Source of the DNA: Candidatus Bathyarchaeota archaeon
GTDB lineage: Archaea > Thermoproteota > Bathyarchaeia > Bathyarchaeales > Bathycorpusculaceae
Reading direction: 5' to 3'
Length of the DNA: 64,000 nt
Assembly: GCA_026014485.1 (NCBI GenBank)
Contig: JAOZIE010000008.1
Location: forward strand, 160,716-224,715
Translations under genes and position numbers: made by a program
Shown: piece after piece, positions 19,513 to 29,903 of the stretch
Layout: each line of letters starts with the position of its first letter
Position numbering within the stretch: position 1 is the stretch's first letter
Notes under the pieces: model-generated
What the model was told of the DNA's origin: nothing
What the model saw: the letters and a program-made list of their open reading frames with translations, nothing else
The model's database searches: none

Positions 19513-21066
19513 GTGAGAGATGTAAAATGGGGTATTGCTTTATCCAACCCTGATCCTTTCCCGAGCAAAATACGAATTTTTGACACCACCCTCCGCGACG
19601 GTGAACAAACTCCCGGAGTCTCCTTGACTCCTGAAAACAAGCTTCGAATCGCCAAGCGCCTAGACAATTTAGGCGTGGATGTCATTGAAGCTGGGTTTGC
19701 AGCGGTTTCTGAAGGTGAAATGGAAGCCGTCAAACTCATCGCCGATGCTGGCTTGCAAGCGGAAATTTGTAGCGCTGCCCGAGGTACCCGAGGCGACATC
19801 GACGCGGTGGCGAAGAGCGGAGCCGACAGCATCCACCTGATTATTCCCGTTTCAGACCTGCACATCGAAGCTAAGTTGAAGAAGACCCGTGAGCAGGTGC
19901 TCCAGATAACCCGTGACATGGTGAAACATGCCAAAGACAGTGGCTTAACCGTTGAGCTTTCAGCGGAGGATGCCACACGCGCAGACCGCGAATACCTCAA
20001 AAAGGTTTTCTCCACAGGTGTTGAGGCTGGCGCGGACCGCGTGGTTGCCTGTGACACTGTGGGCGTGTTGACTCCTGAACGCAGCTACGACCTATTTAGG
20101 GACCTGCGTCAATCGCTGGATGTCCCCGTGGTCAGCGTGCACTGCCACAACGACTTCGGCATGGCAGTAGCTAACACTGTCGCGGCTCTGCGGGCAGGCG
20201 CAAACCAGTTCCATGCTACCATAAACGGCTTGGGCGAACGTGCAGGAAACGCTTCGCTGGAGGAGATTGTGGTTACATTGCACAACCTCTACGGCTTGAA
20301 GCTCGACATCAAACTGCAGCAGCTATACAGCATTTCCCAGTTGGTTTCACGTTTAACAGGTATCTACGTGCAGCCCAACAAGGCAATCGTGGGCGAGAAC
20401 GCCTTCACGCACGAGTCAGGCATCCACACCCAGGGCATGCTCGCGCACACATCCACGTATGAGGCGATAAATCCTGAACTGGTCGGCGGCACCCGACGGT
20501 TAGCTTCTGGCAAACATTCAGGCTCTGCAGGCGTTAGAGCAACTTTGTCCGCTATGGGTTTAACGCCGACCGAGGAACAGTTCGCGGAGCTTTTCCAACG
20601 TGTCAAAGCAGCAGGCGACAAAGGCAAAATAGTGACCGACGCGGATTTGCTGGCTATCGCTGAAAGCGTGCTTGGACTAAGCAAAAAGAAGCCTATCCAG
20701 CTACTGGAGATTACGGTAGTCAGCGGCAACACCGTGACGGCGACGGCTTCAGTGAGGCTGAAGCTGAACGGCAAAGAAGTCAACGGCGCAGCCATAGGCG
20801 TCGGACCCGTAGATGCGGCTATAAACGCAGTTAAAAAAGCCATCCAAGAAGTGGAACCCATTAATCTAGAGCAGTACAACGTCAAAGCAATTACAGGCGG
20901 AACCGATGCCATGGTGGAAGTGATGGTTCGCATGCGCAAAGGCAACCGCACAGCAACCGCCATGGGCGTCCGCGAAGACATAGTTATGGCAAGCATGGAC
21001 GCGGTAATTAGCGGCATGAACGTGCTGATAGCCTACAACGGCAACGGCGCCCCAAAACCAAGCTGA
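19513..21066 (+). CDS. 2-isopropylmalate synthase / (R)-citramalate synthase, long form with C-terminal LeuA-type regulatory domain
   Basis: 517 aa. IRIFDTTLRDGEQTPGV, HCHNDFGMAVANT, GLGERAGNA motifs, plus a C-terminal extension of about 130 aa. GTG start. LeuA and CimA cannot be told apart by eye. Confidence 0.85.
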   Translation: MRDVKWGIALSNPDPFPSKIRIFDTTLRDGEQTPGVSLTPENKLRIAKRLDNLGVDVIEAGFAAVSEGEMEAVKLIADAGLQAEICSAARGTRGDIDAVAKSGADSIHLIIPVSDLHIEAKLKKTREQVLQITRDMVKHAKDSGLTVELSAEDATRADREYLKKVFSTGVEAGADRVVACDTVGVLTPERSYDLFRDLRQSLDVPVVSVHCHNDFGMAVANTVAALRAGANQFHATINGLGERAGNASLEEIVVTLHNLYGLKLDIKLQQLYSISQLVSRLTGIYVQPNKAIVGENAFTHESGIHTQGMLAHTSTYEAINPELVGGTRRLASGKHSGSAGVRATLSAMGLTPTEEQFAELFQRVKAAGDKGKIVTDADLLAIAESVLGLSKKKPIQLLEITVVSGNTVTATASVRLKLNGKEVNGAAIGVGPVDAAINAVKKAIQEVEPINLEQYNVKAITGGTDAMVEVMVRMRKGNRTATAMGVREDIVMASMDAVISGMNVLIAYNGNGAPKPS

Positions 21067-21107
21067 GAACCCAAAAGCTCTCCAACCGCCCCTCTCTTTC
21101 CTTTTTG

Positions 21108-23084
21108 TTAGTTTCTGTGCACCCGTTTTTTTGCGGCTACCGCCGTCAGCGTCACCACCGCTATAACTGCCAACGCAGTTGCCACTGGAAACTCAGGTAT
21201 TACCGCTACGTTGCTGTTTGGATGCTGGTAGCTTACGTAAACGTAGGTGTTCTGGCTGTCTGTCCAGTTCGTAAACGACTGAGGCTCACCGTTCAGCACG
21301 ACCGTGTAGTTGTTTTCCCAGTTGTCTTGGATGACACGGTTGGGGATGGTTATCCTGCAGAAACCCACGGTGCCTTCAGCGCCTGAAGCAGTGAAGCTTA
21401 TCGTGTTCGCCGAAACCTCCACGTTACTGAGTGTGCTGTTGCTTTCTAACTCCACGTACACGGGGTTTCCGTTTGTGGTGCCTGCATCAAAAATCTGAAT
21501 GGGTGCTGCAAGCGGGTAGAAGTCCCAGTGAATGTATGCTTCATCGATTATTCCGTCGCTGCCAAGTTGCCCCTGCGAGACTCCCATGTGAAAGTCGGCG
21601 CCGTTGAAGCTTCCCCAGTAGTTGCCGCCTGATGGGTACGTGATGTTCCAGCCGTTTGCCGTGAAGTTGCCCACGGATATGCTGTTGCTTATGAAGTTGT
21701 TGTTGTAGATGGCGTCGTTAGTTGTGTCCAGCAGGTGTAGGGTTTGCGAGTTATGTGTCATGTTGTTGCCTATGATGGTGTTGCCGCTGGAGTGTTCTAG
21801 CCAGATACTGTTTGTTCCAACTGACAGGTTGTTGCCGATGATTGTCGCGTCGGAGGATTCGTAGACTCGGATGCCTGTCGAGTACTGTTGGATGTCGTTG
21901 AAGGTGACGGTGTTGCTGTTTGATTGGTTAACCATGAAGATTGTGTCGCCGTTTTCTCTGAAGGTATTGTGGGTGATCAGCGAGTCTGTGGTGTGTGCAA
22001 GAAGCAGCCCGTACAGATTGTTGGTTAACGTCATTCCCTGAACGGTGGCGTTCCTGCAGTTTATCAACGCAAGGTAACCGACTTTGGGGTAGGTGGTTGG
22101 GTTTACGTTGAAGTTCTCCTGATTTGTAATATAGTAGATTGGCTTGCCGTTTGCCGTGTTGGTTGTGTCAATGTCTAAGGCGAAGTCGTCAAGGTTGTAG
22201 CCGAACACCCCGAAAGCATACGTTGAATTGGTGATTTTGTTGTTCCGCAGCAATGAACCGGGTGCCTCGCTGATGCTGATGCCCCTCCAGCCGTCAGTTA
22301 CTTCGTTGTTGACTAATACGGTGTTGGGTGACTTTTCGATTTTTATGGCTTGGTTAATGTTGATGGTAAGTTTGTTGTTGGAGAGGGTGTTGTTGGCTGA
22401 GTTGGTGAGGATTATTCCGTTGTCTGGGTTGGATATGTCGTTGCCGTCGATGAGTATGTCATTTATCCTGTCAAGAATTATGCAGTAGGATAGGTAGTTG
22501 TTTTCTATGACGTTTTCAGATATGGTTCCGCCTGTAACTGAGGCAAACCTGATGCAGATGCTCCCAATGGCAGTGAAGGTGTTTTCGAATATGCTTATAT
22601 TCGTGCATGATTCAGCTTGAATCCCTGCGTCTTCGTTGCTGATTACATTATTGCTGATTACACAGTTTGCTGCACCCACTACATGCACGCCATAACGAAA
22701 GCCAGCAGCGTTTTTTATAGTTAGGTTGGCTATCAAGACGTTGTCCGCAGCGACTTCAAACACGTTTCCTTCCCCTTGAGAGTTAATAGGTGGAGATTCT
22801 TCAATGCCAATAACTGAAGTCGTCGAGGGGGAATCGCCGATTATCGACACTGACTTGTTAACAAACACGTTTTCGTAGTATCTTCCCGAAGAAACAAGGA
22901 TAGTGTCGCCGTTGCCCGCTGCATCTACAGCTGACTGGATGCTGAGGTATTGGTCTGGAACCCGCAAAACCCCCGAATCGGCACGGGCAGGGCTAAAGGT
23001 AGGCGCTGAACAAAAGAAACCGATTACGAGTAAACAAAGCAGGCGCGCAAGAACTTTTTTGGGATCCCCAAAAGTCCTTTGCAT
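21108..23084 (-). CDS. Secreted right-handed parallel beta-helix repeat protein (NosD/pectate-lyase-like) with stalk module and C-terminal PEF + TM anchor
   Basis: 658 aa. Signal peptide LLCLLVIGFFCSAPTFSPARA. About 20 iterations of N-rich approx. 22-aa turns (NNVISN, ENVIENN, GNDISN, NNKLT...). The C-terminus is IPEFPVATALAVIAVVTLTAVAAKKRVHRN. Confidence 0.8.
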   Translation of the reverse strand: MQRTFGDPKKVLARLLCLLVIGFFCSAPTFSPARADSGVLRVPDQYLSIQSAVDAAGNGDTILVSSGRYYENVFVNKSVSIIGDSPSTTSVIGIEESPPINSQGEGNVFEVAADNVLIANLTIKNAAGFRYGVHVVGAANCVISNNVISNEDAGIQAESCTNISIFENTFTAIGSICIRFASVTGGTISENVIENNYLSYCIILDRINDILIDGNDISNPDNGIILTNSANNTLSNNKLTININQAIKIEKSPNTVLVNNEVTDGWRGISISEAPGSLLRNNKITNSTYAFGVFGYNLDDFALDIDTTNTANGKPIYYITNQENFNVNPTTYPKVGYLALINCRNATVQGMTLTNNLYGLLLAHTTDSLITHNTFRENGDTIFMVNQSNSNTVTFNDIQQYSTGIRVYESSDATIIGNNLSVGTNSIWLEHSSGNTIIGNNMTHNSQTLHLLDTTNDAIYNNNFISNSISVGNFTANGWNITYPSGGNYWGSFNGADFHMGVSQGQLGSDGIIDEAYIHWDFYPLAAPIQIFDAGTTNGNPVYVELESNSTLSNVEVSANTISFTASGAEGTVGFCRITIPNRVIQDNWENNYTVVLNGEPQSFTNWTDSQNTYVYVSYQHPNSNVAVIPEFPVATALAVIAVVTLTAVAAKKRVHRN

Positions 23085-23247
23085 GACTAATTATGTCCTA
23101 GCAGCTAATATAAACTTGGCGAAAAAGCCAGCAACACACTATCCCGCCATTAATGGCGAATTCGGCTTCTGTTGCGCGGTTGGTTTATTGGGTTTATTGT
23201 GAAAAGTCTTAAAAACCCATTAAGTGTAAGAGGGTGTCTGATGCAAC

Positions 23248-24456
23248 TTGGCTGATGTCGTCACTTCGGCACTTATGATAAGTGCCTTCGTAATCATAAT
23301 TGGTTTCGTAGCGGACTACCTGTTCAAGAGGACACGTGTTCCCGACATGCTTGTCCTGATTTTTGTGGGTGCCCTTGCGGGTCCAATTTTGGGTGCTTTT
23401 GAGCCCTCTGCAGTCATGGGCTTTGCGCCCTACATTTCTGCTTTGGCGCTGGTTTATATCCTGTTCGACGGCGGCATGGGCTTAAGCATCCACAAGGCTC
23501 TATCGCATAGTCCCCGCGCGTTAGTTTTAGCTACGTTAAGTTTCGTCTTCAGCATCCTCACTACAACTTTGATTATGGTGGTGGCTTTCGGAGTGCCCTT
23601 GCTGTACGGCTTACTCTTCGGAAGCATATATGGGGGAAGCAGCTCAATTGTGGTGATTTCCCTTGCATCCAAAATAAAACTCAGCGAAAAAGCTTCCACC
23701 ACCCTGATTTTAGAGTCGGCAATAACCGACATTCTCTGCATCGTTGTCAGTTTAGCCATAATCGGATTCATAGTCACTGGACAAACCAACTACGCTTCTG
23801 TTGCGGTAGGCATCGGAGGCAAATTCTTAATCGGCGCCGGCATCGGCGTGTTCGTTGGTCTCATTTGGCTACTGATGATGAGGCGCGTAACCTCCCTTCC
23901 CTTCTCCTACATACTGACCTTGGCGGTGGTGCTGTTTGCCTACGCCTTTTCTGAAAGCCTTGGCGGAAGCGGCGCTTTAAGTTCTTTGCTTTTCGGTTTG
24001 GTTCTGGGCAACGAACAGCAGATTCTTAATTTCTTTAAGCTGAGCGGTAACGGCGAGGTGGCGGTAAGCGAAGGCTTGCGGCGGTTCGAATCGGAGATTG
24101 CTTTCCTCATCCGAACCTTCTTCTTCGTCTTCTTAGGCATAATAGCCTCAACCTCCAGCATTACGCTCTTGTTCGTGGGCATCGTGTTGTCGCTTACCCT
24201 GTTTGTTGTGAGGTACGGTGCGGTCTGGCTTGCCACCATCAAAAGCGAGTTGCGGGCTGAATCCAAACTGATAACTTCAATTCTCACCCGCGGTTTAGCC
24301 GCCGCTGTGCTGTCCACGCTGCCTGCTCAGTATGGACTTGAGCACTCAGACCTGTTCGTTAACACCGCAGTGGTAGTTATTGTAACAACAGCCATAATCG
24401 CAACCGTAGGCGTCATCGTCATCCCCCGCAGGCAGAAAAACCAAATGCAAACCTAA
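23248..24456 (+). CDS. Monovalent cation:proton antiporter (Na+/H+ exchanger family)
   Basis: 402 aa, about 11 hydrophobic helices. FDGGMGL and SAITD-like motifs typical of CPA-family exchangers. TTG start. Confidence 0.7.
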   Translation: MADVVTSALMISAFVIIIGFVADYLFKRTRVPDMLVLIFVGALAGPILGAFEPSAVMGFAPYISALALVYILFDGGMGLSIHKALSHSPRALVLATLSFVFSILTTTLIMVVAFGVPLLYGLLFGSIYGGSSSIVVISLASKIKLSEKASTTLILESAITDILCIVVSLAIIGFIVTGQTNYASVAVGIGGKFLIGAGIGVFVGLIWLLMMRRVTSLPFSYILTLAVVLFAYAFSESLGGSGALSSLLFGLVLGNEQQILNFFKLSGNGEVAVSEGLRRFESEIAFLIRTFFFVFLGIIASTSSITLLFVGIVLSLTLFVVRYGAVWLATIKSELRAESKLITSILTRGLAAAVLSTLPAQYGLEHSDLFVNTAVVVIVTTAIIATVGVIVIPRRQKNQMQT

Positions 24457-24568
24457 AAAACCAAAACCCCCTTTTCCACAGCTTTTCTCCAACCCCACAT
24501 TGCTTCCTGAATTGCATCTTTTTTAGAGAGCGCTTTGTATTCACTTGTAAAACAAGAAGGCTAACTGG

Positions 24569-25447
24569 ATGGCAGACCGCCCACGTTTTGGTCCCGCAGG
24601 GGTTCCCCACATGTTTAGGTTAAAGGGTGCAAAGCTAGTTGATGTGCCCAAGTTGTTGCGGATAGAGGAGCTGGATGCATTTGAATACGCGGCGGTGCGG
24701 TGGGGGCAGGTACCGCAGATGAAGCGGGAAGACGCCCAAGCTCTACGTGAAGAAGCCAAACGAAACGATGTGTTGCTCAGCCTCCACGGGTCATACTTCA
24801 TTAACCTGCTAGGCGAAAAAGAGGTGTTTGAAGCCAGTAAACGGAGGCTAATTGCCTGTGCCCAAGCCGCAGAATGGATGGGCGCCTACGTGGTAGTTTT
24901 CCACGCGGGGTTCTACGGCAAAAACGGCAAAACGGAAGCCCTCAAAAAATGCATATCCGCAGTGAAAGAGGTTTCCGCAGACTTGAAGTCTATAGGCATA
25001 GAAAACGTGAAGCTGGGTCCAGAGACGATGGGGCGACACAGCCAGTTCGGCAGCTTAGACGAAATTTTTGCGGTCTGCCAAGAAGTAGAAGACACCCAGT
25101 TGGTGATTGACTGGTCGCATCTGCACGCGCGAACTGGAGGCGGACTCCGCTCGGCGGAGGACTTCCGAAAGGTAGTTGTAGCAGCCGAGGAAAAACTGGG
25201 CACAGCCGCCGTCAAGGACATGCATTGCCACTTCAGCAAAATCGAATTCACATACAAAAGCGGCGAAAGACGCCACCACATCTTAGACGAGCCCGGATAC
25301 GGACCTGAATTCGAAAAACTGGCGGAGGTCATAGTAGAATTCAAGCTCAGACCAGTCATGATATGCGAAACCGCCGTGCAGGACGTGGACGCGGCGAAGA
25401 TGAAGAAGATGCTGGCGAAAGCTCAAAACAAAATGGGCTCTCAGTAA
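24569..25447 (+). CDS. TIM-barrel protein of the AP-endonuclease 2 / xylose-isomerase-like family (endonuclease IV-like)
   Basis: 292 aa. FGPAGVP, SLHGSYFINL, VVFHAGFY, IDWSHLHAR pattern resembling the Endo IV-type metal sites. Confidence 0.6.
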   Translation: MADRPRFGPAGVPHMFRLKGAKLVDVPKLLRIEELDAFEYAAVRWGQVPQMKREDAQALREEAKRNDVLLSLHGSYFINLLGEKEVFEASKRRLIACAQAAEWMGAYVVVFHAGFYGKNGKTEALKKCISAVKEVSADLKSIGIENVKLGPETMGRHSQFGSLDEIFAVCQEVEDTQLVIDWSHLHARTGGGLRSAEDFRKVVVAAEEKLGTAAVKDMHCHFSKIEFTYKSGERRHHILDEPGYGPEFEKLAEVIVEFKLRPVMICETAVQDVDAAKMKKMLAKAQNKMGSQ

Positions 25448-25750
25448 GCGCGATTTGAGGCAAAACCCCTCTTTTTCTTGGACTGTGCTATCAGCTGGTA
25501 CGCCGCTGAGAACCTGCCACTTCTACTGTGCTAATTTCTGTCTTTTCCATGTTTACTTAACTAAACAAAAATGCGAATTCCACTTCTCAACAATTATTAT
25601 CTATCAAAAAACTATGTTATGTGTAGCTTAGGGTGCCAAGCTTGAGATCTCTGCCCCAACAGCGACACTTCCCCCAAGTGCAAGCTTTTGCACCCTAACG
25701 CTCCCCACCCCTTAAGCTAATTTTTAGCTGGTGATTTGGCTGTTCAGGGT

Positions 25751-26293
25751 CTAGCGTAGCGGGATTTCCCAGTAGCTGATGATGTCGCCTTTTACCCATC
25801 TGCCGCCTAGGCTTCTTACTGTGTCGTTGATGTCGTCCCATTCTGCCTTCAAGAATTTTATGGGTTTTACCACGACGAATTCTCCGTCAACAGAGAAACT
25901 AAGCAGTTTACGCTGCTCATCAGTGAATTCTTCCTCCATCAACCCTGTATCCTTTTTAGAGCTAACCTGCTTGGTGACAACAGGCTTCGGCGTTGACGGT
26001 TGTGCTGCTGGCTTCATCTCCGCTTTAGGCGCTGGAACAACGGCGGAGGGCGTGTTTGTCTCAGTTTTTGGGGTCGCCGAGTAAGTTAAGTTGAATTCTG
26101 GAATCGGATACGCGTCTGCAACGTCTTCGAAGCTGTCGCTTCTAACAACTGCCAGAACTTGACCCGAAAACATGTCGAATTTTATGTCCATAAGCTCAAC
26201 GTCGCTTGGCAGATTCGCCGGTAAAGACGTAGGTTTTCCCTGCAGCCTCTCCATGAGACATTCAGGGGTCAATTTTATGAGTCTCATCTTCAT
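25751..26293 (-). CDS. Hypothetical two-domain protein with P/T/K-rich linker
   Basis: 180-aa ORF with no competing ORF. No recognisable motif. Confidence 0.5.
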   Translation of the reverse strand: MKMRLIKLTPECLMERLQGKPTSLPANLPSDVELMDIKFDMFSGQVLAVVRSDSFEDVADAYPIPEFNLTYSATPKTETNTPSAVVPAPKAEMKPAAQPSTPKPVVTKQVSSKKDTGLMEEEFTDEQRKLLSFSVDGEFVVVKPIKFLKAEWDDINDTVRSLGGRWVKGDIISYWEIPLR

Positions 26294-26457
26294 AACTCGC
26301 GCACTCCCGATGCTTCCAGAACAGTCGGCAAAACTTAAAAGCCTTGTTCAAACGCTGCGCATACCCGATGAGTGTTTGTTTTGAGCATGCAACGTTGGCT
26401 GGCGGAAAAAGAAAAAAGGTTATAGGCTGAATCTTTTCATAATCCAAGGTACCCACA

Positions 26458-27198
26458 GTGTGCTGTGAGACTTTGAGAGACCCAAACAAAAACCCGTTGC
26501 TGTCAAGCATACTCGCCGCTGGCTTGGTAGCTATACTTTTTTGTAGCGCCTGTTTTTCTGTTCAAGCCCAATCCGTGGCTTCCTTTACGACAGCAGACCC
26601 GTTCGCCATCCCCGAGAAAAACAGCGCCATACACTTCGCCGTCAACGGCACCTACACCCAAGCAAGCCTCGAAAACGGCACATGGTTCTTCACAGACCTG
26701 CACCTAAACAATGCTGGGCCCGCGGGCACACTGGAAAGCTTCCAAGCCTCAGTTCAAGACTGCAACGTGATGATTTTGATGTGCCAAAGACTGAACTTTT
26801 CAAACACGGTGGTTAGACTCCGATATAATGTTACAGGAGCTGGTGTTCAGGCATTCAAGTTTGGGCTTAATCTGACGGGGGGTGACTGGATGGTTACCCT
26901 AAACAATGATTTTAAAGCGGAGAACGACGGATGGAGCGTTTTGCCTGACGGGACCTTAACTGTAACTGGCGCAACAGCCAACGTCTCCATATCATACTAT
27001 GTTTTTCCACACGACTTTGGTGGTCCAGATACTTCCGACCAGTCTTTCTTCCAGCAGCATTCCGTGTCAATCACGATAGGGGTTTCCGTGGCGGTAGCGG
27101 TCGTTTTAGCTGTGGGCATCAGAGTTAGGTCAGGAACAAATGAGCAAACAAAAGCTGACAGACAACAAGAAACCCGTTCCCAAGGGGTTTGCCGTTAA
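26458..27198 (+). CDS. Secreted protein with C-terminal TM helix, function unknown
   Basis: 246 aa. Hydrophobic N-terminus LSSILAAGLVAILFCSACFSVQAQ and C-terminal helix ITIGVSVAVAVVLAVGI. GTG start is uncertain. Confidence 0.55.
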   Translation: MCCETLRDPNKNPLLSSILAAGLVAILFCSACFSVQAQSVASFTTADPFAIPEKNSAIHFAVNGTYTQASLENGTWFFTDLHLNNAGPAGTLESFQASVQDCNVMILMCQRLNFSNTVVRLRYNVTGAGVQAFKFGLNLTGGDWMVTLNNDFKAENDGWSVLPDGTLTVTGATANVSISYYVFPHDFGGPDTSDQSFFQQHSVSITIGVSVAVAVVLAVGIRVRSGTNEQTKADRQQETRSQGVCR

Positions 27199-27255
27199 AA
27201 TCGGATAGACTAATAAACCCACAGTCGAATAGGAGTAGCCTTAGGAAAAGAGAAA

Positions 27256-28476
27256 ATGCCTTGGATAGACTCCACAATTCTGATATTGCTGGTCTACGCG
27301 GCAGCGGTGGCAGTGGGCATTTTTGTCATTCTCAAGTTTACTAAAAATAAAACCCGAAAAGTCAGCAACCTTCGCCTTTTTGTTCAGTTCGTTGCCGTTA
27401 TAGCTGTATTTATGGGGCTTTTCATCGGTCCCTTCAACACGCCTCAATCCCCCTGGGCACCTTTGGGTCCAGCGCCTCGCGACAACCTCATCGGAGCCAA
27501 CTTTTTGGGGAACCAATTCCCCGACGGCCTCTCCGTTCCCATCCTTGCCTGCTATTATCCCTCTGGAAGAACGGTGACCTGCCCCATTTGGCAAATCCAA
27601 GCCTACATTTTCCCGTTCTGGGACGCTGGGGTAAGAGGCTACGGCGTTTTCTACACCACCACTGGGCTCGAAAAACTAGGTATCGTTCTCGGTTCCATCA
27701 TTGTGATGAGTCTTGTTTTGGGACGTTTCTTCTGTGGCTGGCTTTGCCCCTTTGGCTTATACATGGACCTGCTAACCCGCATCCGCAAAGCCTCTCGGCG
27801 GCGCCACTTAAGCTTCTCGGCTAAATCTAACGTGCGGCTCAGGCAATTCAGCTATATCATCATCGCAGTTTTCATTATCCTAAGCGTCATATTCGGCTCC
27901 CAAGCCATATTCGGCACCCAGATAATCCCCGGAACGGCTGTGGGTGGTCCGCAGGGAACCGAGGCAGGCATCACGGGACGCATAAATGAGCCCTTCTGTT
28001 TGGTTTGTCCAGTGCGACCGCTTTGTTCGCTTGCTGAATGCGCGGTGGGCTCCATGAGTTCTTCATACGTTTTCGGTTTAGTTGAGGGTCCTCTTGCAAT
28101 CTTCGGCTTCTACGTGAACTCCCCCAACTTAGTTGTCTTGGTTCTTGTGACGGTTTTGGCGTTGGCGTATCGGCGGTTTTGGTGCAGAATCTGCCCGTTG
28201 GGTGCGTTGACGGCGCTTTTCAGCACATTCAAACCGTTTAAGCAGATAGCAATGATGAAGCTGCAGAAAAACGAGGAAAAATGCACTAAATGCGGCGTCT
28301 GCAAACGCGTGTGCCCCACACAGGCTACAGACGTTTACGAGAAGAAAGGCGGAGACGTAACGGAATCCCGATGTATGCTGTGCGCTCGATGCGTAGAAAC
28401 GTGTCCCTATCCAGGAGCTTTAGAGTTGAAGTTTGCAGGAAAAACCGTGATGAAATCAAGAAACTGGCTTGAGTAA
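27256..28476 (+). CDS. Integral-membrane polyferredoxin of the NapH/MauN type (4Fe-4S binding)
   Basis: 406 aa, multiple TM helices. FFCGWLCPFG and FWCRICPLG motifs, plus a C-terminal 2x[4Fe-4S] block CTKCGVCKRVCP ... CMLCARCVETCP. Confidence 0.75.
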   Translation: MPWIDSTILILLVYAAAVAVGIFVILKFTKNKTRKVSNLRLFVQFVAVIAVFMGLFIGPFNTPQSPWAPLGPAPRDNLIGANFLGNQFPDGLSVPILACYYPSGRTVTCPIWQIQAYIFPFWDAGVRGYGVFYTTTGLEKLGIVLGSIIVMSLVLGRFFCGWLCPFGLYMDLLTRIRKASRRRHLSFSAKSNVRLRQFSYIIIAVFIILSVIFGSQAIFGTQIIPGTAVGGPQGTEAGITGRINEPFCLVCPVRPLCSLAECAVGSMSSSYVFGLVEGPLAIFGFYVNSPNLVVLVLVTVLALAYRRFWCRICPLGALTALFSTFKPFKQIAMMKLQKNEEKCTKCGVCKRVCPTQATDVYEKKGGDVTESRCMLCARCVETCPYPGALELKFAGKTVMKSRNWLE

Positions 28477-28532
28477 AAAAAGCCCAAACCGCTTAGAAGC
28501 AGACGCCTGGCAAGCGCGTAGTTGCTTAATGG

Positions 28533-29615
28533 CTATGCCGTTGGGTCTGCTTGCTCCTCCTCTTCTACTTCTTCAATGGTTCTGGAGTTTAGCACATTCT
28601 TTGCCCCAATCACCTGAAGACACGCGTAACCCACGATGAGGGGAAAATAGAAAGTTACTATTCTTACAATGACTGCAGCTACTCCGCTGGTTGCTGGGGG
28701 GATACCGTACAAAATGAAGATGTTGGTCAGAAGAATTTCTAAACCGCCCACTGAAAACGAGGCTGCCCCATCTTGAACCGCGCCCGCCAGAAAGTAGATA
28801 ACAATAAAAAAATCAAGGGGTAGCATGCCTAATCCGAGGGAGTGGAAAACCAGAATATACACAAGGAAATTCAAACTGAACGATACTGCGCTGAATATGA
28901 CGGGTGCCACGAGGTAATGGGGGTTGGCGCCGAAAAACTTGAAGCCTTCGTTGAAACGTGATAGAAACCTGAAGACTCTGTTTGACATTTCTTCGAAGTT
29001 GTGTTTAAGCCGCAAACCCCGCAGTAATCGCATCAGGGCAGACACAATTTTTCTTGCTGCGTTCTCTTTCACGGATACAAACCACAAAAGCGCAAACAAG
29101 GCCAACGCTCCAAACCACACAGCCATCAGAAGACCTGACGCGAAATAGGGAACCGTTTGGGTTACCAGCAGAAACCCTGTGCCTAAAGATAACCCGCCAA
29201 CCACTACACCGTAGACTATTACGCGGTTGGTGATTCCTGCGGCGGCGATTACTCCGTAGGTGCTTAGTGTGTCTCCGCGGACAAAGAATGCTCTTGTGAC
29301 TTCGCCAACTACGCCTGGGCTGGGAACGATGCGGTCAACGAAATCTCCCGCCATGTAGTACAGAAAAGTCTTTCTGAAACCCAGATTCATCGATAAAGCT
29401 CTCAGAAGAACCAGCCAAGAGGCAGTCCAGAGAATCATAACCAGCAGCATTGTTCCAAAGCTTAGGCTGTAGTAAAGCAGGAAAGACGAAAAGTTTAGGG
29501 TTTCAAGCACCGTAGCCAATCTGTCGATGCCAATTGAGAAGTATATGTAAAATGCAAACGCAACCGAGCCAAGAATCATGAAAAAGAGCATGCGCCGCGG
29601 AGTTAGATACTTCAA
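28533..29615 (-). CDS. Flippase-like / lysyl-phosphatidylglycerol-synthase TM-region family membrane protein (UPF0104)
   Basis: 360 aa, about 8 TM helices. The overall pattern resembles UPF0104. Weak, motif-free assignment. Confidence 0.5.
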   Translation of the reverse strand: MKYLTPRRMLFFMILGSVAFAFYIYFSIGIDRLATVLETLNFSSFLLYYSLSFGTMLLVMILWTASWLVLLRALSMNLGFRKTFLYYMAGDFVDRIVPSPGVVGEVTRAFFVRGDTLSTYGVIAAAGITNRVIVYGVVVGGLSLGTGFLLVTQTVPYFASGLLMAVWFGALALFALLWFVSVKENAARKIVSALMRLLRGLRLKHNFEEMSNRVFRFLSRFNEGFKFFGANPHYLVAPVIFSAVSFSLNFLVYILVFHSLGLGMLPLDFFIVIYFLAGAVQDGAASFSVGGLEILLTNIFILYGIPPATSGVAAVIVRIVTFYFPLIVGYACLQVIGAKNVLNSRTIEEVEEEEQADPTA

Positions 29616-29903
29616 TATTGATGACAGCTTGTCTGTGCCTCCGTGAATCTGAACCTTTCTTGTTTCTGAGACATGAAAAATTATCCTGCTGGGCAGTGAC
29701 TATCTGAATGTTGCTCTTGTTTGGTTTTAAGCGTTTTGCTCCTGTTTAGTTCCTTGCCCCCTCTTTTGTTTTCTGTGCGTTGCGCTGCATGCTTAAGTTA
29801 CAGTTCTACACACCTTCTTTTGTTTGTTTCCTAAACGAAAAATATTAATATCGTTTATGTAATCAACTATTGCTTAGTCAATTATACAAAAAGGTTAACC
29901 AAC

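Noticed and set aside
9063-21017. Long antisense ORFs (e.g. 9063..9593, 9590..10219, 13431..14075, 18201..18776, 19482..20057, 20364..21017; 176-217 aa)
   Set aside because: Each lies entirely inside, and opposite to, a gene with unmistakable enzyme motifs (aroA', aroB', aroA, ilvD, leuA-like). Their compositions are biased (Ser/Ala/Pro/Arg-rich), typical of shadow frames in GC-rich coding DNA.
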